DNA of 63,606 nt, filler included, from Globobulimina sp. (taxonomy: Eukaryota): assembly GCA_003354225.1 (NCBI GenBank). It is 45 parts of 45 records of this genome, joined end to end, with 100 filler letters (N's around TTAATTAATTAA, not from the genome) between each part and the next. Parts side by side here need not be neighbours in the genome. Positions count along the whole stretch, not along the records: positions 36,822 to 38,136 come from PIVH01018821.1; positions 38,237 to 39,551 come from PIVH01018822.1; positions 39,652 to 40,966 come from PIVH01018823.1; positions 41,067 to 42,381 come from PIVH01018824.1; positions 42,482 to 43,796 come from PIVH01018825.1; positions 43,897 to 45,211 come from PIVH01018826.1; positions 45,312 to 46,626 come from PIVH01018827.1; positions 46,727 to 48,041 come from PIVH01018828.1; 37 more parts are not named here. One strand, 5' to 3'. Position numbers and translations under genes: made by a program. Below are positions 36,943 through 49,556 of this stretch, one piece after another (position 1 is the first letter of the stretch; each line of letters starts with the position of its first letter). Under the pieces are notes generated by a model. That model saw nothing but the letters and a program-made list of their open reading frames with translations, was not told the origin of the DNA and did no database searches.

Positions 36943-37133
36943 GGAAGGAAAATAGGTTAATAATAAAATGTTAAAGGTAACATTTAACTTTTTGCTTTTC
37001 AGTTTGAAATTACTGTTTTTACAGTTTTTTACAGATTATTCAAAATAAAAACATTGAAAGTCAAAATTGAATTCTTAAAGGTTGTGTTTCATCGGGGACC
37101 ATTAACATTTTATTATTAACCTATTTTCCTTCC
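36943..37133. mobile_element. 191-bp MITE, 32-bp perfect TIR, imperfect 8-9 bp TSD
   Basis: GGAAGGAAAATAGGTTAATAATAAAATGTTAA at both ends; flanks GGCGATTTT / GGCATTTTT. Confidence 0.88.
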
Positions 37134-37262
37134 GGCATTTTTGCTTTCGTTTAAAAACAGATTTTTACGATAAAGCAAAAATGCCTAATTGTTTAAAGTT
37201 TTTTGCACCTACATCTAACTCAGGTGAAATCTACTAAGTTCACAAAAACCTACAATAACAAC

Positions 37263-38028
37263 ATGTTTGAGTTTATTGCCAACGTACTGTTATCTTTATT
37301 AGGAGTTATATTGGTTGTTTTCATTATAGCATCAGCATATTGCTTCTTATGTCGTATTACATTCAACCAAATATTAAATGGTCCTTCATTATTTTTATAT
37401 AAATATCATATTGGCAGTTCTTATTCAATGGGAAAGACATTCAATTCGTTAAAAGATGCAGTGGATAAATCAGATACAAAAAAGATAATATCAAATACAT
37501 TTAATATTCCAATAAATGAATTAAAACTAATTCCAGCATCATTATTTGTTCAAGCTCCGGGAGTTACGTTGTTTCATTGCTTCTTATTTCGGAAATGTTA
37601 TCTTTGTTTTTGTTTGTTTGTTAAAGACTGTTAAACTATCTGAGTTACATACTGCTGTTGGATTTATTGTTAAATTAAAGAGCGATACGCTTGCGCAATA
37701 TTGCAAAGTGGATAAAGATAACTTGTTGAATAAGATGCAAATTGAATTAGCGAGAATTAAAATATGGCCAACATGTAATTGGATTGTTGCTTTTTATCCC
37801 CATTTATCATGGTTTGGTCCATTATCGTATGTAATTGGTCGAACACGAGTTTTCGGCATTGCTGCTAAAAGAGGTTATCTTAAAGCGCCGCCAATGGAAA
37901 TAGTTTCTGGGCATTCAAAGGCATATACTGCCAAATCCGATGATTTAATAACATATGTAATGCCACAAAGTAATACAGAATTGTATCGCATGGATCCGCA
38001 TCTTGGCTTTCATCCTACAACACATTGA
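37263..38028 (+). CDS. Hypothetical signal-anchored protein, probably spliced around 37563-37626
   Basis: N-terminal TM; two overlapping ORFs bridged by a T-rich GT...AG segment. Confidence 0.45.
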
Positions 38029-38236
38029 TTGGTTGTACACTGCTCACTTATTTATGACATATTTTTGACTCTTATTAAAATACTTCATTAATTAAATTCT
38101 CCTATATTTCCAGACCATAGCTTATGATAATATATANNNNNNNNNNNNNNNNNNNNNNNNNNNNNNNNNNNNNNNNNNNNTTAATTAATTAANNNNNNNN
38201 NNNNNNNNNNNNNNNNNNNNNNNNNNNNNNNNNNNN

Positions 38237-38427
38237 AGAATCCGGTGATTGCATTTGATGGACATACATATGATAAAGATGCCATCGTAGCACATCTCAA
38301 ACAATATCATAAGTCACCAGTTACAAATGAAGTGTGTGACGGCAAGGATGAAATGGCATTCATGTTATTTGATGATGATAAACTCAAAAAAGAAATTAAT
38401 ATTTTTAAACAAGCTAATAATTTGTAA
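38237..38427 (+). CDS. U-box domain (C-terminal fragment)
   Basis: NPVIAFDGHTYDKDAI..HL.....SPVTNE...LKKEI. Confidence 0.8.
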
Positions 38428-38713
38428 TAATATATTTTATAATTATTTATGCAGATACTAGTAATTGACGATGATATGATGTGCTCTGTTGAATGACTTA
38501 ATGTTTCTTCGTTAAGTAAGAGACAAATACAAACGAAATCTTCACTATTAAACAATATCAATTTGTACATGTCAGAGTACCCAAAGCCAGTTGAATCTCA
38601 CTCATTTGACTTTTTAGGTTCACTTCTAAACGCTTCTTTTGTGATTGGCAAGGTTTTTAGGTTGCACCTATTGTCATAATTAGTAGATTGCAGTTAAGAT
38701 CGCTTTAGATTGT

Positions 38714-39349
38714 TTATTGACTGCAATAACTATTGTCCATCCATTCAAATATGTCATATTGAACGCCATGTAATGTTTGTCTTGCGTCGACAATATTTGG
38801 CATTCCGCCAACTTCATCGTCATAACCTAAATCACATAACATTGCAGTTAATAACATTTTTCCTGATACATGTTCATCGTCAATTTTTTGTTTCAGACTC
38901 CATTTATTTTTTATCCAATCCCACTCCCCATTTGTTGGCATATTCCTATTGTATCCAATTTCTGCAGCAAACCAATCCGTTAATTTCTCCATCAAATCAA
39001 TGATTGGCATTATGTATGCATTATGTTTATAATATTCGTGGTGATGAGTATTTCGAGAAACATGTTTCTTCCAAGCAATGTCAAACAATTCTTCATTCTT
39101 ATTATCACCATAAAAATAATTGGAATATGGAACAAATTCATCTCTACGAAACTTGGACGCATCATGGACCAATAACCTCCAAATTGGTAAATACAATTCT
39201 TTTCTGTAGGGATTATTCCTTTTATACCAATAATAATTGAAATATAATCCACATCCAACAATTGCCATTTTGTGTGGCAACAGTGATAACATTAAATATT
39301 TAAATCCTGCATTCACTGATAAGTCACCAATATCATCAACATCTGCCAT
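38714..39349 (-). CDS. DUF5662-like (HD-related) protein
   Basis: HK..IV; RLLVHDASKF...EF..Y; AW.KH...N.HHHEY; MP...L.E...DW.AA. Confidence 0.65.
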   Translation of the reverse strand: MADVDDIGDLSVNAGFKYLMLSLLPHKMAIVGCGLYFNYYWYKRNNPYRKELYLPIWRLLVHDASKFRRDEFVPYSNYFYGDNKNEELFDIAWKKHVSRNTHHHEYYKHNAYIMPIIDLMEKLTDWFAAEIGYNRNMPTNGEWDWIKNKWSLKQKIDDEHVSGKMLLTAMLCDLGYDDEVGGMPNIVDARQTLHGVQYDIFEWMDNSYCSQ

Positions 39350-39651
39350 GTCGATTTAGGATTTTCCTGCTGATTCGCTTAAAACACCAACGCAAAATAA
39401 TAATAATTAATTAAACGTTATAACATATGTAGTTAACTGACTAACGTGTTTTTGTTTTTTTTCAAAGGATGTGTTCGTCTTGTTACTTTGAGAACCTAGC
39501 CCTATATAGTATGTACTACTAGCATCAATGAAACACACATTGACAAAAACCNNNNNNNNNNNNNNNNNNNNNNNNNNNNNNNNNNNNNNNNNNNNTTAAT
39601 TAATTAANNNNNNNNNNNNNNNNNNNNNNNNNNNNNNNNNNNNNNNNNNNN

Positions 39652-40617
39652 TGCGCATTTTTTATGTGCGTCGTCGCCGACACTGCCATAGCCAGCGCCA
39701 GAATAATATTTGTTCCCTTGGTTGCTGACATGCGCCTCTTTATAATACGCACCATGGCCCAGACCATAATGCGAGGTATACCCCGCTCCATTGGCGGTGA
39801 GCGCACTGCTCTTCATTATCATGATGGTGTCATGGCATTTGATCATGATGGTGCCATATAAGTCGCTGTCGGGGATCCATTTCCGTGCTGATAATACATG
39901 TCCAGACGATAAATACAGCGAAGGACAGGTCATATTCCTGGATAACTCCTCGTTGCTATGCACATTGAAAGTGTTTTTAACCGTTTCCGAATGGATCAAA
40001 AACAAGTTGTCATTCTCCTCCTTGTCTTGCAAGAATATCTGATACGAGAATTGGTTGTTGTTATCTGCGTGTTTTTCGTCGTGTACATCATATCCGTTCT
40101 GCTGTTGTTTCATATCCGTGTCAAATAACTGCGGGTGCAATATGCGCGATGCGTAGTTAAAGTCGTTATCGATGTCGGCGTTGACATTGACAAAGGAATC
40201 GGATTGGCATTGTTTCCAATTCTCACTGTTTACATATTTGTACTTTAAGATGGGATAAAACCGCTGCGATTTGGTGAAGAATAGGTTGATTTCACGCTGC
40301 GTCGGTTGCGTTTTCTCGTATAATTTCTGTAAGTTCCCGCATAGCACGAACAGTGAGGAAGGGTTCAGATTGTCCCACGGCGAATGGTTATCGATACAGA
40401 TGTCGTAAGCGAAGAATAAATGGAATAAATCTAATTCGAATAAGAGTCTCTCGAAGACATTGTAATAAATATGGATCACTTTACTGCGTTTGATGGCGGA
40501 TGATTTGCAATATGAGGTATACGCAAATAGGTTTTTGTGATTGACTATGGTCCGTATCCAGGATATGTGGTATAAATCTAATGATGATATGTTGATTTTT
40601 TTGTAGAAGGCATTCAC
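39652..40617 (-). CDS. Hypothetical protein with Gly-rich C-terminal region, partial
   Basis: Long ORF ending in LTANGAGY...GLGHG...SGAGYG at the contig edge. Confidence 0.5.
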
Positions 40618-41342
40618 GTTTGATATTTGGGACGCACATTCGATTAGTTTTTTTATTAAAATATCAACAGACGGCCCTGAATGTTTAGAGTTAAGCCATT
40701 GGAGTTGTTGTTCAGTTAATGCATAAACATACTAATGTTGTGCAACTTGTTATCGTGTGTATCGTGTATGATACTATTTTTCTGTTCAGTTCTAGAGTTG
40801 CCCAATGGTTTTGAACTATGTTTCATTTTTGCGAGTGACTAAATATATGAATTATAAAGCCCCCCCACCCCGCACTTTAGTTAATAGAAAGGACGTAAGT
40901 CCGATTTCAGACTCACAAATTGCTTGAACATCCAGGTGAGGGTCTGTATGAATCCAAAAGGAAGGANNNNNNNNNNNNNNNNNNNNNNNNNNNNNNNNNN
41001 NNNNNNNNNNTTAATTAATTAANNNNNNNNNNNNNNNNNNNNNNNNNNNNNNNNNNNNNNNNNNNNATATAGATCAAGGAAAAAATCCAGACCTGCAAAT
41101 GAAACAAAACTACACAGTCACACAGAATAGAAATAATTTGCAAAGAGCAAGAATTATTAATACCCACTCCATTGAGCAGTATCTAAAAAATGGACAAACT
41201 TATTTTCATCAATGGTCGAAAAAAAATGTCAAAAACGCTAAAAATATAAAAAACGTAAAGGATGATAACGACATTGATATGAGTTAGTATGCATAATATT
41301 GCATATGTGGTGCAAGGATATGTACAAAACGAAAAAAGAAAA

Positions 41343-42381
41343 CTATGGCAAATCACCAAACATTGATTTATTTATATTTTGAATCCTATCTAATATTTTA
41401 TGTCGATCTTCATTGTCATTGACGCCAATTTCTATCAATTGTTTCTTGTTCAAATTCAAGATACCACTTAAACTGTCCACATTTTTGAGTACAAATAAAT
41501 CATAATATTCCAATAAATCCACGTTACTGTTACTCAAAAAATTATATAATTCATTATTAATATCATCATCGGCTTTTTTATCATCTTCTTTTTCATCATC
41601 ATTTTTTTTATCATCATTATATTTTTTATCATCGTCTGTTTTTTTATCATTTGTGGGTTTAATATCTTTTGATTGTAATTGTTTCAATAACTTTTTTGCT
41701 GGAACATTATTTTGATTTTTCTGTATAAGAATATTTAAATAATTAATCGCTTGTTGATTATGTTTAAGTTGAATCAATAAATTTATATAATTTATAGTTT
41801 GCGAGTTATCCCAAATGGTAATGTCTTGTTGTTCCATTTTAATTTGATAACATTTTTTTATTTTTAATAGATATTTCCATTTTAAATCATCGTTATCGAT
41901 GTCATAAATATGTATTAACTTCGTCCAATAACCAATCTGCGTAAATTGATCGATATTTGAAGCGCGGATATTGGCCGTTGATAATAATTTATTTAATACA
42001 TTCTCTAATAATTTATACAATTGATTTTCAAATAAAAACTTGCAAAAACCATAAAAATCCATAGATTTATTGTTATATAAATGTTGAATTCGATTATAAA
42101 CCATTAATACTTTGGATATCCGAATTTTTGTATAAATATCAATATTGTTAAAATTATCCAATGCATTTATAAAATTATATAATATTTTACAGTCTGCGAC
42201 ATTTAAAGAATGTGCTGTTTCGAATGCATTACAACACGCTGCAAATATATTAATATCGTCTTTATTCGGTTTCATTGAGAATGCAAATCCTAATTTTTCC
42301 CATAAAATAGTAATCTGTCACAAAAACAAACGTTTTTAAGTAGATTTTTATTGCATATTTCAATTATTTTTATTACATACT
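41343..42381 (-). CDS. TPR-like + C-terminal SAM-domain protein, partial
   Basis: LYNFL....LLEYYDLF....VDSL..ILNLNKKQLIEIGV....DRHKIL; KKxDD low-complexity linker. Confidence 0.7.
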
Positions 42382-42583
42382 NNNNNNNNNNNNNNNNNNN
42401 NNNNNNNNNNNNNNNNNNNNNNNNNTTAATTAATTAANNNNNNNNNNNNNNNNNNNNNNNNNNNNNNNNNNNNNNNNNNNNACACAGTCGATCACATAAT
42501 AAATATACAATCAAACGTGTCGCTCTTTGCAAGACCAGTCTGTGTCCTCTCATATGACAAAAGCCAGATAAGCAGACTATCAG

Positions 42584-42858
42584 TCATATCAAAACATTTT
42601 TGGGTACACCATGTTTTGCTATCAAAAAAACAATATGTGTGTTCCGGAGTTCAGTCTGGCCAGGCAGACTCAGAAATCCTCCGTAGCCAAAACTGCCGGA
42701 CGATATAATATCCACTTCCACTGTTTTTCTCTGAAAAAACAAATAGGAAAACAATATATTTACTGTTTAGCCACTGCTTTTTTTGTAAACACAGTGCAGT
42801 TGAATATTGCTTTTTTTGATAGGCAAAACATGGTGTACCCGAAAAAATTTTGATATGA
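42584..42858. mobile_element. 275-bp MITE-like element with about 54-bp imperfect TIRs
   Basis: TCATATCAAAACATTTTTGGGTACACCATGTTTTGC-TATCAAAAAAA versus TTTTTTTGATAGGCAAAACATGGTGTACCCGAAAAAATTTTGATATGA. Confidence 0.8.
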
Positions 42859-44074
42859 TAAATTTATAAACACATTTTCCGATATTATAATTTATAAATC
42901 ACATTTTCTGATATTATAATTGCTGGTTATGCCATTTCAAGACCATAATAATAAATAATGCTATCACTGTCCAGGAATATAATAAATTTGTTACCACAGT
43001 CAGCAAAATATGCTATAAGTATGAATCAACATTATTTAGTTGTTTATTCTGGAATAACCCATTAAAGATTTTGACGCTCAACTAATTTCTGTGATCATGC
43101 TCCACGTTTGAAAAAACATACATTTACGCAAAATCATTGAATATGAGCTCTACGTTTCTAACAATTTGTTCAAATGTACGTTTATGCAAACATACTTTTA
43201 AGGACATACATTTGAATTCATTATTATTATTGAAAAATTGGTTTTAATTATTATTTTATTTGTATTGTTATATTATTCAATTATTGGTATTTTGGGGACA
43301 CATTCAATCACCATCTCAGAAGACAGAAGCTGACCAATTCAATAAATAACACCATAGTAGCAACAAGCCATATAATGTTATTGTTCGAATTCAACGATAT
43401 TATTAATTAAGAATTGACATCGTTTCTCGCATTAATTAAGAATTGATATACTGGCCATATCCTACAAAATCTTGGCAAAAAAGCTTTTTAATGCATTGCC
43501 ATTCCTTTCCTTGTGAGATATTTAACTTTTTTGTAATGTAATTTGCCATCATTGCCCATCAATTCCTGTTGTTTTTGTGATCGATGATATGTATTCCAGG
43601 GATTCATTATGGGGATGATAAAAATTACAATGATGAATATAAATAATTATCTGGTGCTGATATAGTTTGTTTTATAACAGACATAACAACCATAACAACA
43701 TTCTATGTGTTTTTGTATATGCATGCACTTTCACTCTAAGTAAGTATACCGGTCAAAACAAAACACAGTGTTTTGTTAATTGTTTTATGTTGTTTTNNNN
43801 NNNNNNNNNNNNNNNNNNNNNNNNNNNNNNNNNNNNNNNNTTAATTAATTAANNNNNNNNNNNNNNNNNNNNNNNNNNNNNNNNNNNNNNNNNNNNTTGC
43901 GTAAATGGTTTTGTTTGTTTTTCTACCAAAAAAAAATACAATTTATTAGTAAATTCTATTGTGTGTTGTTTTTTGTTATTCTTATATAATTTAATGGTAT
44001 TCTTTTGTTGTATCCCATTGGATAACCCCCCTCGATCTATTTGTGAAGCTTTACTAAAAAACTTTTAATTAATA

Positions 44075-45152
44075 ATGCAACAATCCAAATGGGACAAAGG
44101 AATAGCGTATATCCAAAAAGGATGTGATAAACACGAGGCAGGCAACAAACAACAAGCGGCCAAGTTTTACGAACGTGGTATTCAATTTTTATTGGATCAT
44201 GTCAAGTCAATGCCGACAAGCAATCGCAAATTCGAAAAACAACAACAAATTAACTCATATTTACAATTATTGGCTGATTTACGTCCTGGAAAAGATCAGT
44301 TCGAAAATAAATCACAGCCACCACAAAGCCAACAAAAACAAAATAAAAATAGAAAGCAATACATTCCTCGAAATAATAACAAAAATATTAATCGCAAAAA
44401 TATTGTTCGAAAAGCGAGATCTAAACACGACCAAGAATTATATGATAGGATTGAAAATGAGATAATATCAAATAACCTCTCCGTGACTTTTGATGATGTG
44501 ATCGGTTTAGAAAATGTGAAACAGGCTTTATTAGAAGCTGTGATATTACCGGCTCGGAGACCTGACATATTTATTGGTCCCAGGTCTCCGCCAAAAGGAC
44601 TTTTGCTATTTGGTCCTCCCGGAAATGGCAAAACGTTCATCGCCAAAGCTTTAGGTCCTCGATCTGCTCATTTTGGACTGCAACGATATTAAAAAATGTG
44701 CAATGACTTTATTTTATTCGTTGTCCAATCATATATTTTGTTCATTATGCACCACATAACAAAAAAAAAGATGATTGGACAACCAATAAAACACATAACA
44801 TTTTGCACATTTTCTATATGGATTTGATTCATTTCCATATTGAAAATCTCAACTTATTGTTGCAAATACATAGCTACTGAATGCAATGCTACTTTCTTCT
44901 GCATCTCCTCATCGTCGTTGACCTCTCGTTACGTCGGCGAGGGCGAAAAAATGGTGCGGGCATTGTTTGAATGCGCGCGAGAAAAGGCGCCGAGTATCAT
45001 TTTTATTGACGAAATTGATTCTATATTGACTGCCCGCGGTGGTAAAGATGAACAGGAATCTTCTCGAAGAATGAAAACCGAGTTTTTGGTGCAATTCGAC
45101 GGTGTTCAGTCCGCTGATAATGAGAGGCACCGTGTGTTGTTAGTTGGCGCCA
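44075..45152 (+). CDS. MIT-domain AAA ATPase, spastin-like; intron 44655-44873; truncated by chimeric junction
   Basis: MIT helix motif; [79 protein letters not shown]. Confidence 0.9.
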
Positions 45153-45208
45153 TCATGTTTTTACCACTAATGATTTTAGGCCCCCTCTTAGAATTTATTA
45201 ATATGTAA
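45143..45208 (+). CDS. kdpA: Probable C-terminus of bacterial KdpA (chimeric fragment)
   Basis: [18 protein letters not shown] matches the KdpA end pattern (VGALTF.PAL.LGP..E); stop overlaps a following ATG (TAATG). Confidence 0.55.
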   Translation, partial: VGAIMFLPLMILGPLLEFINM

Positions 45209-45443
45209 TGTNNNNNNNNNNNNNNNNNNNNNNNNNNNNNNNNNNNNNNNNNNNNTTAATTAATTAANNNNNNNNNNNNNNNNNNNNNNNNNNNNNNNNN
45301 NNNNNNNNNNNACATGCATTGTAATCCAACAACAGAAACACAAGAAACCTAAAAAAAAAATCCCACCAAACGCACCACCGCCGCTGCCTCATCACCTTCG
45401 AGCTCAATTTGAAAGGAAAAATAGTAATTCTGTCAAAACATTA

Positions 45444-45794
45444 TTGCATCAATTTGTGAAAAAAAAGCAAAAAACTGTGAATAAGTCACAAATAACAAAT
45501 GTAAAAACAGTAAAAAATGAGAATAATAATGCAAAGGCGATGGAGCGTAATGATAATATGAAGAATAGCATACTTATTGAATGGGAATGGTGTGATGATA
45601 GTGGTAAATGGCATAAATATGGATCGAGCACTTGCAAAGAAATTGAAACGTTTTATACAAATGCAATGGATAAATATGAGTATGATATATTTGGTAGAAT
45701 GTACTGTATTGATTTTGAACAAATGAAACAATTTAATAATTTAAATCAAGCATGGAATGTGAGAAGAAATGAAATAAATCAAACAAAAATGTGA
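45444..45794 (+). CDS. WWE-domain protein C-terminus
   Basis: WEWCDDSGKWHKY....KEIE..Y...YCIDF..MKQ.N......VRR. Confidence 0.8.
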   Translation: MHQFVKKKQKTVNKSQITNVKTVKNENNNAKAMERNDNMKNSILIEWEWCDDSGKWHKYGSSTCKEIETFYTNAMDKYEYDIFGRMYCIDFEQMKQFNNLNQAWNVRRNEINQTKM

Positions 45795-46726
45795 ATAGTA
45801 TATTTTGTAATTCCCTTTTTAATGTTTGCATAACCAATTATTGGTGAGGCATTCTCACAGATTGTTTATTGTATAAAACGTTTATTTTCAGTTTTTTGTC
45901 CGTTTGAAGAAAGTCAATTTGGTGTAATCACAATTCACAAACGATGCGTGTGCATAAAAATAAATTTAAATCATCTTATAAAGTAAAAACAGGAATAACT
46001 AAGAAAAAAAATCACAATGTAATAATTAATTATACATTTAATTTATAACATAATATAGTATACATTTGCAAAATGTTGTTGCTACATTTCCGTGTGATCA
46101 ATTTGCGGATTTAATGTAACTAAATGCTGGATTTGTTTTTCCATTTCTTCTTTTTCTTTCTCGACCATTGCATCACAAAACAAATTTGAATTTGGTAAAC
46201 TTATATCATTGCAATTATTATAATTATAAGAAACATTCGACGCAATCAACGGTACAAATATCGGACTATGCAATGAATGTTGTTTATGAACCTGATGCAT
46301 TTCTTCATTTATTATTTGTTTGCTGAGATCTACCAATTGTTGACTCATTTCATTATGTAAATCTTCAATATCTTCTGAACTCCACGTATTATCACTATTA
46401 TCCCTGTATAAATTCGATAGATCACTAACTCTTCGTTTCCCACTGCGAGAACTGGGAGATTCATCCGGATCATTATAGCCACTGCCACTGTCACTGTCAG
46501 GCTCTGTTGCGGTGTCAATGATAGCCTCTCTAGCATAGCTGGCGTTGATTGTATATTGCAGTCCATCCAAAGTTTGTGCACTGATGATTGTAGGTAAACG
46601 AATATTTTCTATATTTATATTAGTATNNNNNNNNNNNNNNNNNNNNNNNNNNNNNNNNNNNNNNNNNNNNTTAATTAATTAANNNNNNNNNNNNNNNNNN
46701 NNNNNNNNNNNNNNNNNNNNNNNNNN

Positions 46727-46866
46727 TACGCACCCCAGCATTTACATGCAGGGCAAGGTGTACGCTTCTCCACGCCCGAAATTAATATTGACCTTCCTAA
46801 TACTAAACTTTCTGAATCAAAGTATCGGCTCTAAAACCACATACGTTCTAACCAATCTACAGGGAA
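46727..46866 (-). repeat. Dispersed repeat, copy 2 (cf. 10825-10960)
   Basis: Reverse complement aligns by eye with 10825-10960. Confidence 0.75.
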
Positions 46867-47023
46867 CGTAAACATAATTATACTGAGCACAATGCTGTTT
46901 GTCAAAAAATGCTAGAGATTTTGGCAGAAGATATTAAAGATATGACATTAAAGAAGAACAACTTGTTGTGAACTGTTGTAAGTTAAAATTATTAACAAAC
47001 TAAACACAAAATATTATTGCAAT

Positions 47024-48041
47024 TTACAATGGATGTTGAAAAAATAGTTGTTTGTCCCCAAACGTAGATGCAACCAAATCTGATATAGCATAAATCGCAC
47101 CAATTCTTGCATCTGGCTGCACATTTTCAGCATAAATATCAAACACTTTTGAATTTTTGCCTTTCCCATTTAAAATTTTTCGAAAATCTGTTGTATCAAT
47201 ATTTTCTTCATCAGAATTATACACATTTTTAATCTCACCACTTGGAACACAAACTATTGCATGCGGTGCTTTATAACCACTATCACCATGCAATGCTTTT
47301 GCCATTGGATCTAAACTCAACCAGTTCGGATCTGTATTAATATGCTTTGATGTACACCAACCAGTTTGGGCCAAGTACTTTGCCATTCTGCATACAATTA
47401 ATATATATACAAAGAACATATTAATTATTCAATTAAAAAAATACAATTTAAAAATAAAATTAGTAATAGCAAACCTGAATGATTGAGCCCCAATTTTTGC
47501 AGCAACAGAGGTTGGTTGCGGTATTTGAGTGCTATAGTTATGTTCAAATAAATTATATGTATTTTGTGGATTCAATGAGTGCATCGCAAAAAAATTAACG
47601 GAGTTTTCATTATCTAATACGCATTTCATTGCAAATCCGTACAAAACACTGTTTACACCATTTTTATCAACAGAAGGGGTCGCAGCAAAACTAAACCTAC
47701 CAATCCCATTGCATCCTTTTTCAAATATACCGGTATAATTATAGCCGTTTTTAGGTGCAATTGGAACATATCTTGCTTGGAATACTAAACCTCGTTTATG
47801 AATAGATTTATGTCGACCATTTTGCATTACATCACCAGAATCTGTAAATGCATGTTTTGTTTTGAACGGATTTATTACCACTGATACATCGATTGGAGGG
47901 ATGACATCATTTTTCGGGTCATATAATGTATGCATTATATTGTTCATCAAATCAAATAATTTGCTGTTTGCAGTGCTGGTTACTCCATATGGCCGCCCAT
48001 CAGAATGATCAGACGAATTTAAACCGCTCACATTTAATATA
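47024..48041 (-). CDS. Catalase-like heme-dependent fold protein, intron 47388-47474, 5'-partial
   Basis: RHKSIHKRG, YTGIF, GIGRFS, GFAMK, SVNFFAMHSL; 87-bp GT...CAG intron in frame. Confidence 0.6.
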
Positions 48042-48196
48042 NNNNNNNNNNNNNNNNNNNNNNNNNNNNNNNNNNNNNNNNNNNNTTAATTAATTAANNN
48101 NNNNNNNNNNNNNNNNNNNNNNNNNNNNNNNNNNNNNNNNNTAAAATATTTAAAAGTTGCAAATAAATGGAATGTTTGCATTAATTTTTTATTGTA

Positions 48197-49456
48197 TTGT
48201 ATATTGCAAAGAATTGTATTGTTATTGGATTAAAAATATATGATTTAAATAATGGACCATTAATGGTTTCATTACGTGCATCCAATAAGGATCAGACTGA
48301 TTTAATTATGGAGCTATCTGAACATATAATTGAATTAAAGGAATTATCATTAAATTTAATGTTTTTATTAAATATTAAGGAATCTGTATTGGTTGAATGT
48401 GATTTTATGCATCCGGAAAGATATGAATTTGATTATATGGCAGCATTTAAACCATTTGACGATGAGAAAAGCACCCAATTTATTGAGCAGTTTGAGTCAT
48501 TGGAAGAACTCATTAAATCTATAGTGGAAATGGGTGAATTGATTAAAATATGTCAATTTCGGCAATATGAAAATGACTTTCATGATGGAGGACAGCCTGG
48601 TAATGAAAAAAAAGAGAAAATTGTGATCGATATTTTATATTGCTTGTGCACAAAAAAAAATGTTTTTGAGACAGCTCAAAATGCAGGAAACGACTCTGCA
48701 TCTCAAGCCAGTGAAAAACTAAATGCTGCCACATAGCATTACAGCAGAAAAATGATATCCAGTCACGCACCACAAGCGTTTGTTAATCGTGGTCCAAAGG
48801 AGAGATATGCTATGTATGGAAAGGAATTTGATCGGATTTTATTTCTACAAAAATATGACGAAATGTATGAAGTCTGTGAAGAATGGCTTGGAAGAGTTAA
48901 CAGACAAAAAGCGTATGGAACACCAATATATGCATCGATATTCCCTGAAAAAGAAAAAAATGGATTCACAATGTTATTTCCACCGTTATTTCAACATATT
49001 ATAAACCGTGGCAAGACTGGATCGAATAAAAAGGCATCAATCGCATCAAAATTGTTTAAGGATATTATGAATATACACAAAGAACATACATTGACGAATT
49101 ATAAGATTAGGACAACGTATCATCATTTAGGCTGTAAAATATTTAATGGATTCCAAAATTGTACATTGAACCACCAATCTGTACAGTTATCCGACAATAC
49201 ACTCAAAATATGTCCAGCTCCAATCTGTATTAAACGTGAAAATGGTCAAAAATATATGAAATATGAGGCATTGAATATTAATAAAGATTTATTGCATTAT
49301 GGAAAGGCTCAACACATCGAATTAAATCCGTAAAGAGATTTTGGGACATTATTTAAAGAAAATATGGAAAATTCCTATAGAAACGATTTGAATCAAGTCC
49401 GACATATAAATCCAACACTAATTTTAAAGTGGCGATCGCCACCATTCTCCATAAAA
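48197..49456 (+). pseudogene. Long frame with two isolated in-frame stops; product unknown
   Basis: ORFs 48197 and 48752 share a frame (TAG 48734-48736); frame stays open after TAA 49331-49333 to the contig end. Confidence 0.5.
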
Positions 49457-49556
49457 NNNNNNNNNNNNNNNNNNNNNNNNNNNNNNNNNNNNNNNNNNNN
49501 TTAATTAATTAANNNNNNNNNNNNNNNNNNNNNNNNNNNNNNNNNNNNNNNNNNNN

